A stretch of DNA of 64,000 nt from Heteronotia binoei. Taxonomy: Eukaryota. The notes beneath the pieces were generated by a model. It saw only the letters and a list, made by a program, of their open reading frames with translations. It was not told the DNA's origin and did not search any database. The stretch spans positions 45,818,001 through 45,882,000 of the forward strand of contig NC_083225.1 in assembly GCF_032191835.1 (NCBI RefSeq), in the 5' to 3' direction. This document shows positions 13,701-25,096 of the stretch, piece by piece; within the stretch, counting starts at the first letter, position 1, and each line of letters opens with the position of its first letter. The position numbers and the translations under genes were made by a program.

Positions 13701-15908
13701 TTATTGGGGGGGGGGGGCATGATGACAGTCACACAGATGCTGAACCTCAGCATTCCTTTTTTTCTGCAGTTCATTTTTGCTGCCTTTTCCTGTCATATTC
13801 ATCCTTGTGGCATTTAGCATCAGCATGAGCTTGTGGTGTGATCCAGGGTTTTTTGCCTGGCTTGGTTGTGTTATGGTATACCAAAGAGTATGCACCTCAA
13901 GGTGGCCGTTTTCTGTAAGGGAACTGATCTGACTTCAGCTTTCCATTTCCTTCCCCCTCCTTGCAACCTCTACCTAAGAAAAGTACAATCTTTCTCCACA
14001 GTGTGGACCAAAGCAAGAGGGAAGTGACCTTAGCAGGGTACAATGACACAGAATCCAACCTGCAAAGTGGCAAATTTTTTCCCAGTGGAACTGATCTCTG
14101 CAATTTGGAAAGCAGTTATAATTCTGAGTGATTTCCAGCCCTCACCTGGAGATTGGCAACAATGGTTCCCCTGGAAGAAGTGGCTGGTTTGGATGGTAGA
14201 GTCTATGTATCTGTCTGAGGTCTCACCCCTCCTCAAACCACACCCTCTCCAGACTCCACCTCTCAATCTCCTTCGCAGCAGCAAACAACCAAGCCTAGGG
14301 TAGCCAACCTCCAGATGGAGCCTGAAGATCTGGTATCACAACTGAACTCCAGACAATAGATTTCTCTCCCCATTATGAGCCAAATCCTCACCGCTGATAT
14401 CCAGAAGAGACTTGTGAGCTAACAGATTTTGCTGTTGAGCGCTCCCTTTAACTGCATACCTGTTGGAGCTCAAAACAGGCTTGGGAACTCCAAGGTTGCT
14501 TGAATTTTTCTTAGATTCGAACAGCTCATCAATCTTTAGTTTATTGGCATCTTAATTTGCTCCTAGAACTCAGAGTCCAACCAGCAGCATTTTTAAAAAC
14601 TAATTTAAAGCAAGGGGTAGAAACAAAACTTCAAGTAGTTTGCGAAAAATGAGCAGGTAAGCGTCCAGGTGTCTGGAGTAAGTGCTCATTAGTATCTTCC
14701 AATATCTTTCAGATCTTGAGATAATTAGCCAGTAGTTATTGCAATCAGCATCTCCACTCTAATTTAGTCAGTTCAGTAAAGCTAAAGATAAATCTAAATA
14801 GGACCTAAATAATGAAAATAAAACAGGGTTTGAGAGCAAAACATGCAAATGCTACTAGCCTGACTCCATTTTGCTGAAAGATCCTTGGTTTAGGTTTAAT
14901 AGTAAAATGCTTCCATACCATCTGACCCTATACCTGTTAACTTACCAGAGAGTGTTTCTGCATACAGCAGTATAGATGGGCAGACACACATTATAGTGCA
15001 GTGAGCACTTAACACAGGTGAATGTGTGTTTCTGGTCTCTGCACCTACCAAAGGTGGGGTGATAAAGTTGTTCTCCCCTAGTAAGCACTTTGGCCACTTT
15101 TAAGGGGGTGTTGCTTCATCAAACCACTTTTGGCATACAGGGAGGAACACCAGATGAGAGGCAGACTACCTAGTGAGGCTGCCATCGTGGTCTTTTGTAG
15201 GGGGTGGCAACATGGTGCATTAGAACTAGGCAATAGGAATCTGGGTTCAAATTGCTATCTTTTAGTGGGTTAGAGTGAATGACCATGGCCCTGCCATTCA
15301 TCACAGCCTATTCTACTTCACAGGGTTTTAAAAGAGGGAATAGATCCATCAAACAGGAACTTCCATTTTCAGAGTAAGCCTCTAAATTCCACTGTTAGGA
15401 GGCATCATTAGGGGCTTCTGTGCCTGGTTTATTGACCCTCCAGAGCAACTGATCAACCTCTGCGTGAAACAGGATGCTAAACTGGATTTAACTCTGTGCC
15501 CTAAAAAGACCAAATTGCTGTTTACATTTTGGAAGTTTTTTTTAAAAAGGACACTGTAAAACCCATCCTGAATAGTAATTCTACTCTTTGTGAAATTGTC
15601 TCAGAATATATTTTCATCCATCGATCCATTATGAGGCTTGGTAGAAGGATTCAGATGAAGAGGGAGATTAGCAGCTAAAAGTTTGGGCTCAAATTCAGTG
15701 ATGCATGCAGTTTCGACAAATTATTAAAGATATCTCTGATTTTAAAAATCCCAAACTCTGATTGATCAGCATTCAGTTGTTTTGGGGAGATTTGTGGTCC
15801 TCCAAAGGTCTTTCCATTGAATGAGGACACCCATCACATTCCAGACAGATGTCTTGGGCCAGGAACTGATTTATCGCCTCTCAAGTGTCTGGAAGCAATA
15901 GGTACCTC

Positions 15909-16076
15909 CAGGGGTGGAACTCTAGCAGGAGCTCATTTGCATATTAGGCCACATCCCCAGTGTAGCCAATCCTCCAAGAACTTATTAAAAAGAGCCATGT
16001 AAATTCTTGGAGGATTGGCTACGTTGGGGTGTGTGGCCTAATATGCAAAGGAGCTCCTGCTGGAATTCCACCCCTG
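15909..16076. mobile_element. Palindromic hAT MITE (same family as 8155-8341)
   Basis: caggggtggaa...ttccacccctg; TSD ggtacctc / ggtccctc. Confidence 0.9.
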
Positions 16077-17789
16077 GGTCCCTCTTATTTTGCCAATGTC
16101 TTGAAATAACACCACACAGCGCTGGTGCTGTCCCATTATGTCATTCATAGGAATGAAAGTGTGAATACTGATAATCCATCTGCCACTATATTATCTGGCA
16201 GAATACCAGCTGAATCTTAGAGCTTGAGTTGCTTTTGAGAGGAGAAATGTGAAGATTATAGGAGAGAAAAACAAATAGCTTTTTTTTTTAAAAAAAAGTG
16301 AGAATATTTTACCTTTTTGCTGTTTTCCCAAGGAACAAGAAATGGTCACCTCCTCCTACGCCTGCCTTTTGCTGTGAATGTGTCAGTGATCTCTTTTGAT
16401 TGTATGTGTCCCAAGAGGCTCCTGAGTCAGAAAAGCCAACGGTCACGCCATGTGTGCTGGGTAAATATGGCAGGTACTCTTGAATGCTTTTCTTCTCTCC
16501 AGGGTTGAAGGTCTTCCTTGAACTTTTGGCAGGTCACCCACCCTCCCCTTTGAATCTTTAGCAAGCTTCACTCTTGGGTGTAACCATTTTGATTCACATG
16601 CTAAAACTTTCCACGCTAAAACAGCCACTGTTAGCCGCCTTCCTGACCCATGTCTGTGGTCATGCCCAAGTCTGTGGTGAGCTTTAGAGTTGCTATAGCC
16701 CTGATAGGGCTCAGTATGCTTCATGCCAGTGTGACAAGACAGCAGCAGGCAATGCGCATAGCTTATGTTAATTGTCATCTCCAGGATCTGTCCTGCCAAG
16801 TCCAAAGTGAGCCCCTTCGATACTTATCTGGGAGCTCAGCAGTGGCCCTCACTCACAGCAAAGACACTTGCATGAACTGTCTGTAATTGAAATAAACGAT
16901 ACAATCTGTGAAGACTTTCAATGTAGTTGCATTTCAATATAATGAAAACTTTAGAAGCTCAGTTGAAGAAGATATTTAAGTCGAAGAGACAACCTAACAG
17001 GAAGATGGATTGAAATTTTTATTTGAAATAGCATTTTTGTGCAAGTCAGATATTGGTAACAGCACGGTTCCAGTCCTGAGTCTGCTTTGTTGTTAAAATA
17101 AGAATATTAAAAAGGAAATATATATAAAAAATGAAAGTTTGTTGGATTGGACCAGTCACAGTATTATCAAAGAATCAAATATTGATATTTTCAGTAAAAC
17201 ATTTGGTTTGATATATAGCCCCTTTGTACACAGTAGTTCTAGCTTTCAGAAATTCTTGATGGTTAATATATGGAGGTCGAAATGTTTCAGTTTTTCTCCA
17301 TGGGGTGGAAATTCCTTCTGCTGAGATACAGCTCTGTCATCTTTATGACATATTTCAGATGTTCTGACACATAAGGAGAACAGGGGATTATGTGTTAACC
17401 TGGAGATCATATAAGTGCTGGTTAAAGGTGCCAGAACTCTCCATATTCTACCATAGAGTCCCCCCCAAAACCAGAGCATTGCCCCCCAATGTCCTTGACA
17501 TGCCTATATCACTTCCAGGTCATGTGGGCATGTCATGTTTATTTTCAGTGTTCCTCCCCACTCCTGTTAAATTCACTTTCCATTCCCTGCTGGCAGGTCT
17601 GAGGGACCTGGCAACTCTTTGCTCTTGGTCCTCCATTCACCATTACTAGATGAAACAGTAGCAAGAAAAAAGATGTTGGACAGTAGGAATAGTGGCTACT
17701 CAGTGTGATCACTCCTGACTAGTCTTAAGTATTAGATGACATCCTAGAGTAAATTCTACAATTGGTGAGTGGCTTCAAATGGCTTCATT

Positions 17790-19372
17790 TTTTATTTCTG
17801 CTCCTCTGTTGCCTTGAACTAACAGTGAATCTTAGAAGACCTGTGACATCCCTGATCCTCTGTTCCTTTGAACTGGCAGTGAGGCCTTGGGAAACTGTGT
17901 GTGATGTCAATGTTCCTCTGTTGCCTTGAATTGGCAGTGAGTCCTCAAAGAACTGTGTGTGATGTCCCTGATCCCCTGATGTTGCAGGCTCCTTCCCACT
18001 GCCAACCAGCTGGCCAGTGGGAGGAAACCCTGCCCCAACAATCACCATGCACCTTTAAATCTTGGCAGGTTTAGAAGTTTGGAAACGGCTTGTTTTGGAA
18101 GGAGTGTCCCTTTAAATCTCAGTAGAAGGAAAGCTGGACAGGGGTGGGGTGAGAAGGCAGAGCCATGTGGCTCTTCCCAGTGAGTGTGTGAAGTTGTGAG
18201 AAACTAAGAGAGCACAGTCCCTCCATTTGTTTTGCAGTTGTTTCAGAAGACATTTGCATAGTGAAACAGAAAAGAATATAGAACCTGATTATGGGATGGA
18301 GGAAAACTCCACCCCTTAGACTGCTTTGTTCTTTACTTTCATTTTCTTGAGTTAGTCTGAAGAAGTTGGTTGAAATACAGTGGACTGTTACATTCAGCAA
18401 CTCCTGTGAATAAATTCTCCCAGTGAGCTCATATCACAAAAGTACAGGATTGCAAACTGTGTTTATTATGGCTTCTTTGCATGTGTGTGCATGTGACCCT
18501 TAATAAAGCCATGGCAAGGGACTTGTGGGGTATGACAACTTTCACCCTCCTTTAGTGGGAGTGCCTAGATGGGGAAGCCTTTGAAAATAAAAAAGAGTAT
18601 GAGGAAATGAAGACTATATTCAGGGGAACTGCACTGCTGTATTATTTTTAGGGAATGGGAAAGTCTCCTGGCCCTACCCCAAAGTCTCCAGGCTACACCC
18701 TCAAAGTCCCCAAGTATTTCCTGAGTTGGACCTGGCAGCCTTGAATTGGCAGTGAGGCCTTGGAGACCTGTCTGATGTCACTGCTCCTCTGTTGCCTCGA
18801 ACTGGCATTGAGGTCCTGGAGACCTGTGTGTAATGTCCCTGTTCTTCTCTTGCCTTGAACTGGTAGTGAGGCATTGTGGACTTGTGTGTGATGTTCCTCC
18901 TCCTGTTGCCTTGAACGAGCACTAAGGCCCTGCAGACCTGACTGTGATGTCCCTGTTCCTCTGTTGGCCCAAACTGACAGTGAGTCCTTGGGAACCTGTG
19001 CGTGATGTCCCTGTTCCTCTGTTGCCTTGAACTGGCAATGAGGCCCTGGAGACCTTGCTCTTCCTTTGCCTTAAATTCACAGTGAGACCTTGGAGACCTG
19101 CCCATGATGTTCATGCTCCTTTGTTGCCAATGAGCAGTGTTCCCTCTAAGCTTAGTGTGAGCTACCTCACAGCTTTTTAGCCTCCGGCTCACACATTTTT
19201 GTCTTAGCTCAGGAAGGATGACCCCAGAGCACAATGATTTATGCAGTAGCTCACAACTTTAATGCTAGTAGCTCACAAAGTAGACTTTTTGCTCACAAGA
19301 CTCTGCAGCTAAGAGGGAACATTGCCAGTGAGTCCTTGGGGGCATGTGTGTGATGTCCCTGCTCCTGTGTAG
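17790..19372. repeat. ~58-bp minisatellite, about 12-13 degenerate units, split by two insertions
   Basis: Unit approx. ctgttcctctgttgccttgaactggcagtgaggccttggagacctgtgtgtgatgtcc at 17790-17980, 18740-19134 and 19325-19372. Confidence 0.85.
19135..19324. mobile_element. hAT MITE inside the minisatellite
   Basis: TIRs cagtgttccctct / agagggaacattg; 8-bp TSD ccaatgag / ccagtgag. Confidence 0.9.
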
Positions 19373-19855
19373 GAGGGGAAAAAAAACAAAGTAGGAACAA
19401 GGTGCAAGGCAGAATACTTTACTTGACCTTTTAGACTTCAACACATTTTCCATTAAGTTTCATCAGCGTATCTAATAAAATAAATAGATACAATCACACA
19501 GTATAAATAATATAAAATACATAAATGAGGAAACAAATATTTCATGTTAAGATATTTAAAATAAATGTATAGAATAACAATTAAATAATTTTTAAAGTTA
19601 TTCCAAATAATAATTGTAAGATGACAAATTATTTGTATCCACATTTACTGATGTAGTGGTCTCTATTTTATTTTAGTAGTTCCTCAATGAAGCTCTTCAT
19701 GAAATATGTTACCATCTTAAAAGTCAAATTAACTTTCCCAGGCACCTTGTTCCTTCTTTTTTATTCTCTTTCTTACTCAAGTAGTGCCCCCATTTCCCAC
19801 CAGAAACAGTCAGAAACATGATCCAAAGGGCTCCTTGCCATCTCACTATCTTATA

Positions 19856-20362
19856 CAGGCAGTGCCACCCTTAGGATGCGTGGCACCCCAGGCAGGCTGT
19901 CTGCCTGCTCCCCCCCTCGCTGCTGCTGCCCCCACCCATTCTCTGCAGCAGTGCAACATGGCATCACGCTCCATCACCCACCGCCCGGTGTGACCAGAGG
20001 AGCGCCATGATAAGACTCAGTCCTACTTGCTTCACAAGGGCCTGGGCTTTTTCTAAGTTGTTCGAAGAGCACATTTGAGGAGGCTCCTCCAGTGTGCTCT
20101 TCAAACAACTTAGAAGAAGCCCAGGCCCTTGTGAAGTAGGTAGGGCCGAGCCTCGTCACTCCTCTAATCGCGTGTGTTTGGGGGGAACGGAACATGGTAC
20201 GGTCCTGCACTGTGCTGGGGAAGGGAGGGGAGGTGGCGGATGGTGGTGGCAGTGGGGGGAGACAAACAGGAAATTGTCTTGGTTGGGGGGAGCCCAATTT
20301 GTTACCACCCTTCCCGGCACCCTAGGCAATTGCCTAGTTTGCCTAGTGGGCAAGCCAGCCCT
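19856..20362. mobile_element. MER45-like hAT non-autonomous element
   Basis: ggcaccccaggca 5' motif and ggcaccctaggcaattgcctagtttgcctagtgg...gccagccct 3' end shared with 2082-2251. Confidence 0.55.
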
Positions 20363-20378
20363 ATATACAGCCTGGCAC

Positions 20379-21010
20379 TGTTGCTCTACCTGGGGTTTCC
20401 AGGATCCACAGATACAGTGACAATGATCACACCAATAGGTACAGAGGTAAGGTCTACAAACCATTCTGGAATCAGAGGTCAAACATCCAGTCCAAGGGTC
20501 AGGGTAAGGAGGGTTGAAGATTCATGGGTCTGGTTCCAGGTTTGGGAACAGGTGCAGGATACAGGGTCTGGGTCCCAGGCTGTAGGAAGAAGCACAGGTT
20601 ACCAGAGACAATGTACAAGGCAGCAAGTCAGGGTAGAGCTCTATTTGCTAGGCAAGTCAGCTTTACAGAGGTGTGGCAAGCAAGGTAGCTTCCACAATGA
20701 GTTTTGCTCAGCATGTTCCTTTTATCTGCTTTCTTTGCTGACTCATCCCCTAAGACCCAGATGGACTTCTTACAGTTGTGTTCACCTTCCTACAGGTGCA
20801 GGTGTTTACTGTTTTCATATCAGCCTGTCAGTCCTGGCAAGGACTCCACTCCAGGAATTAACAATGATCATTGCTGAGAAAACAGATGAGTGCATCTGCC
20901 TTCTCTCTAGCAATTTCAGCACTCTTTCTTCTATGCTCTGCTGGTTCCTGATGCTTCCCCTGTTGGGTCTGCTGCTGGACCCGGCTGCTCAGATAGGAAT
21001 TCCATCAGTG
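20379..21010 (-). mobile_element. Possible solo LTR (Gypsy-like)
   Basis: Repetitive ggtcag/ggtccag-rich segment followed by ccttttat (minus-strand TATA-like) and tgactca. No matching TSD found. Confidence 0.3.
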
Positions 21011-21448
21011 CGTGGCTCAATTCTTCTGATTCCTCCAAGATGAGGAATTCAATTCAATTCAATAACCGCTATTGGCATGCTATTGAACATAACAAGGAAT
21101 CAATCCATCCATCAAATGGCAATTTGCAAATGCATTAAGTGCCTAAGGAGGAGGAAGTGGCAGGTGGCTGGCTCATGACACCTACCTTCTTCCTGGTTGT
21201 AGGCATAAAGAACGCAAGAGAACTTGATTCCCTTTGGATTGCCATGAGCAGCACACTCTTTCTTAATGGAATTCCAAATTACTGCCCCTTAGCTCTGAAG
21301 TGTGGGTTTGTCCTATATTTTGGAAAAGACATGCCCATGTTTCCATTTTGTTCTGTCTCTCTGTTAGAATTTCTCTTCTTTCATTAATATTTAATATCCA
21401 TGCCTTCTGTGGGTTGGTATAATGCATTCTCCTCCTGAGTCTCCTTTG

Positions 21449-21660
21449 GGAGTAGGTTTGTAGCTCAGCTGGCAGAACATGTTTTGCACGTAGAAGGTCC
21501 CAAATTCCTCTGTCCCTTGCATCTCCAGTTAAATGGCTCAGGTAGGGGTTGATGTGAAAGAATTCTGCCTGTGATCTTGGAGATCTGCTGCCAGGCACAG
21601 TCAACTATATTTACCTTGAGAGACACATGGTGTGATACAGTATAAGACAGCTTCATGAGC
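21449..21660 (+). mobile_element. tRNA-Ala-derived SINE, old copy
   Basis: tagctcag...ttgcacgtagaaggtccc...gcatctcca head and gagatctgctgccag body shared with 45011-45218. Confidence 0.7.
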
Positions 21661-22440
21661 TGCTCATTTTTTATGTTTCTCAGTTGGTATCACTGGCTGC
21701 CAGCCTTCAGGTGGGGCCTGGAGATCTCCTGGTGTTGTGGCCATGAGGTGGGAGGGGGTTGGGAAAGCTACTTATAGAGTGAAGAATATCCTAGGGCTGC
21801 CACGACAATGTTGGAAAATACCTGGAGACTTTGGGGGTAGATTGAGGAGAGGGCAGGGCCTCAGTATGGTACAATGTCATAGCAGCCATTTTCTCCAGGG
21901 AAGCTGACCTCTGGAGGTGGAGATCCATTGTAAAAGCAGATCTCCAGGCCTCACCTGGAGGCTGGCAACCCTAGTTCCAGTCCTCCACTCTGGCCTTCCT
22001 TATAGATTCTTTATATCCTAACCTCCCACAATCAAAATGGGAGACAAAAAGCTTTAAAATGAATATTAGCAGCATGTAAACTCTGTGCTCCATAAAGGTT
22101 AGACATAAATCTGTATTTATATGTGAGGTAAACTGTGACTCCTGCTTTTTTAGATTTTTGGCTTGACAGACATGGCATAGATGGAGATGAGCAACAAAAT
22201 TTAATAAGATAAATTTGATGTGTGGCTAGCATACATAAAGTAAAGCTAGCTCTCAAATGAAGTAAATAACCTCTGAGGGGAAATTTGATTTCCCTTTTCT
22301 CGGAATAGATTACCTCAACAGACCTGCCCTTTCCCCACACAGAGCATCTTTCCACAGAACCTATGGTTAGGAATGATAGGCCCTTAACAAGATGCTTGTC
22401 ACACAAAAATAAGTTTTCTTCCCTAAGCCAACTCCCAAAC

Positions 22441-23315
22441 CCTAACTCTCTCTCTCGGCTTGACTTCGCGAACGAAGATTTAAGAAAGGTGCAGTAGTCC
22501 ACGTCTGTTGCAGGCTCGCTGGTGGCTGACAAGACCAATGCGGGACAGGCAGGTCCGGCCACAAAGGCTGCAGGGAAAAGTCTGATTTGGGGTTGATGCT
22601 GTAGCAGTACGATTCTTCCTCAATCTCCTTTTGTCCTCAAGACCAGCTATGCGTGCGTTCTCAAAGGAAGAGACAGCCTGGTGGATGGTGTGCCTCCATG
22701 CTTTGCAATCTGAGGCTAGGTCAGACCACTGGTGATGGTTAATGCAACAGGTACCAAGGGATTTCTTCAAGGAGTCCTTGTACCTCTTCTTTGGTGCCCC
22801 TCTATTTCGATGGCCGTTGGAAAGTTTGCCATACAGGGCAATCTTGGGAAGGCGGTGGTTTTCCATCCTGGAGATATGCCCTGCCCAGCGCAGCTGCGTC
22901 TTCAACAGCAATGCCTCGATGCTTGTAACCTCTGTCCGCTTGAGGACTTCAGTGTTGGTCACAAAGTCACTCCAGTGGATGTTGAGGATGGTGCAAAGGC
23001 AGCGCTGATGAAAGCGCTCAAGGAGTCGCAGGTGATGACGGTATAACACCCACGATTCGGAGCCGTAGATGAGGGTTGTCATCACAACCGCTTTGTAAAC
23101 ATTGATCTTTGTGCCTTTTTTCAGATGCTTGTTGCTCCACACTCTTTTATGCAGTTGGCCAAATGCACGGTTTGCCTTTGCCAGCCTATTGTCGATCTCC
23201 TTGTCGATCTTGGCATCTGAGGAGATGATGCACCCCAGGTAGCTGAACTGCTGGACTGTCTTCAAAACTGATTCACCCACAGTAATACAAAGAGGGTGAT
23301 AATCTTCCTGGGGTG
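22441..23315 (-). mobile_element. RTE (BovB-like) LINE, 3' part, left of the ERV insertion
   Basis: ORF 22480-23280: FSYLGCIIS...DKEIDNRLAKANRAFGQL...WSNKHL...TKINVYKAVVMTTLIYGSESW...QLRWAGHISRM...CGRTCLSRIGLVSHQRAC, typical of the RTE RT C-terminus; short microsatellite-like 3' tail at ~22441-22460. Confidence 0.93.
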
Positions 23316-23834
23316 TGTGGGCATTCAGTTTAAGTACAGAGAAGTACAGAGAGTGTTGGAATGCAGGCTAGAAGACAGAAAGAGATAAGAACTTGGACGG
23401 GATGTTTTGCAGCCTAGTTTGATTTATGTCTCAAAGAAACTTGCTGTTGTTTTTATTGTACGCATGTGTGAGCTACTGTCTCTGGGCAGAATACACAGGG
23501 TAATTAATTGGCTGGTACAGGTGGCATGTTATTAAGTCATGAAAGATATAAAAGGCAGCCCTCGATATTGGGAGGGGTTCTTCTTTTGTAGCGTCTTTGG
23601 TCTTTTGTCTTTTGTAAGGCTCTTTGGAGGAACTAAGAATGTGCCAAGAAGATAATAAAGAGTTTTTGAGTTTTGAAGAAGCTTCTGACTGATTTGCGCA
23701 GCACTAGATAACTTTTTCCAGGCGCCTCCTTGTGTGCATGTGTGTGTGTGTTTTTCTTTTGGTGTAAATCTTTCTCTCATCACCAGTGCGTGGGCTGGAC
23801 CTACACACTCGGTCCCAGCTTCTGCATTACGACA
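23316..23834 (+). repeat. 5' LTR (519 bp) with TATAAAA 23547-23553 and AATAAA 23654-23659
   Basis: Direct repeat of 27748-28266; begins TGTGGG and ends CGACA; followed by the PBS. Confidence 0.97.
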
Positions 23835-23836
23835 TT

Positions 23837-23857
23837 TGGTGCCCCTCAGGGAGGCTC
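23837..23857 (+). promoter_or_regulatory. Retroviral primer binding site TGGTGCCCCTCAGGGAGGCTC
   Basis: Starts with TGG two bases after the 5' LTR end, the canonical PBS position. The cognate tRNA is uncertain (elongator Met-like or decayed Lys). Confidence 0.8.
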
Positions 23858-24007
23858 AGAAGAGATAGCATGACAAGATAACCTGATTTATTGATCATCA
23901 CTCACCTCCCGCCCGGCGAGGGCCAACGACGTCGAACTTCACCTGGCCAAGGTCTCAACGGGGTGAGTTGGCTTGTCAAGTTAGACCACACACACACTGT
24001 AGTGAAG

Positions 24008-25096
24008 ATGGGGTCTACGTTATGTGCTGCTCAGGCTAATTTAGTGCTTGAAAATCACTCCACTCCGCTTCAAAGACATTTTATTCATCCGGACAAGGAT
24101 CCCGACAGTGGGAGTGATTTGTCAAGTAAAGAGCACACAGACCCTGAAAAAATGGGTTGTTCCTTATCAGCTGGCCAAGCCAGCCTCAGAAAATATTTAC
24201 ACTGTCTTCTTTCCAAAGAAGGACTTGTTGTTAGAAAATCTGATGTTTCTGATTTGGTGAAATCTATTACAGATATTTGTCTGTGGGTTCCTGAGAGTAA
24301 AACTTTAACAATACAAGACTGGCAAAAAATAGGGAATGCTTTTCAGGATCATCCAAAAATCACAGCCAAAGTTCTGTGCACCTGGGGCAAAGTAAAAGCT
24401 TGTTTAGAAGGGCTTAAGCCTACCAACATTCTATTTAATCAGCAGACAGAGGTTGGAGCAATGCTTTCTGGAGCCTTACCTCAGATTCTGCTACCATCGA
24501 CTTCAGAGTTTTGTGTTACATCTTCTGGCTGTGATGAAATTCATCTACCCCCTAAATCACCAGATGGCTCAGAATCGAATGAGCAGCTACTCAACAGCAT
24601 TGCTCTTGTTCCAAAAATGCAGAGGCCAGCACAATTAACTACAAATCTCCAAGCTGCTGTGCTGAAGGAGGGGGGTGAAAATATTCGAGGAAGCCCAAAT
24701 ACAGAACATCAAGGCCAAACTGAAGTTGTTTTTCCAGAAGGCTCATGTGAGGGAGGACAGCTAGCTGTTTGTGGCAGATTTGATACATTCCAGAACACAA
24801 GCCAAGATGCTACAGAACCCTATGCTGAATCTGTTAATGGACTTATGAGGGCAGTGCAGAGGCAGATTGACAGTGCTGGGGCTGGAAAGCAATTGGCTTT
24901 TGAAAATGCTAATGAGGATTGCAAAGCAGCTTTGACACCTATCTACAGCAATCCCACCACTGATATTCAATCTATGCTCAAAGTGTGCCACAGTGTGGGG
25001 TTTTGCCTCCTGTTGGCTGCAGTTTTAGCTGCTCAAGGATCATTAAATCCAGCAGTGTCATTACATGCCCTGCCTATACACTGGAAATATGGATGA
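24008..25096 (+). CDS. gag: Open, internally deleted ERV gag ORF (matrix-like region plus capsid C-terminal part; no NC zinc knuckles)
   Basis: From ATG 24152, MGCSLSAGQASLRKYLHCLLSKEGLVVRKSDVSDLVKSITDICLWVPESKTLTIQDWQKIG resembles betaretroviral matrix (LxxxLxxxGxxV...CPWFPxxGTxxxxxWxxxG). QDATEPYAESVNGLMRAVQRQI...QLAFENANEDCKAAL resembles the major homology region and CA-CTD. A second in-frame ATG lies upstream at 24008. Confidence 0.85.
   Translation: MGSTLCAAQANLVLENHSTPLQRHFIHPDKDPDSGSDLSSKEHTDPEKMGCSLSAGQASLRKYLHCLLSKEGLVVRKSDVSDLVKSITDICLWVPESKTLTIQDWQKIGNAFQDHPKITAKVLCTWGKVKACLEGLKPTNILFNQQTEVGAMLSGALPQILLPSTSEFCVTSSGCDEIHLPPKSPDGSESNEQLLNSIALVPKMQRPAQLTTNLQAAVLKEGGENIRGSPNTEHQGQTEVVFPEGSCEGGQLAVCGRFDTFQNTSQDATEPYAESVNGLMRAVQRQIDSAGAGKQLAFENANEDCKAALTPIYSNPTTDIQSMLKVCHSVGFCLLLAAVLAAQGSLNPAVSLHALPIHWKYG

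Noticed and set aside
18701-19234. 177-aa repetitive ORF, or a CRISPR-like array
   Set aside because: Product of the minisatellite. The units are contiguous and degenerate with no unique spacers, and the DNA is vertebrate.
20174-21043. 289-aa plus-strand ORF as a novel gene
   Set aside because: Runs across a MITE end and an LTR-like repeat; no recognisable domain or splice structure.
1-22400. Exons of a neighbouring gene downstream of NALF1
   Set aside because: No ORF or spliceable segment with a recognisable protein sequence was found.
23532-23783. 83-aa antisense ORF present twice (also 27964-28215)
   Set aside because: Duplicated only because it lies in the LTRs; no motif suggests an accessory protein.
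23891-24007. TTG-initiated extension of gag to 401 aa
   Set aside because: Non-ATG start within the leader; the ATG-Gly starts at 24008 and 24152 are more plausible.
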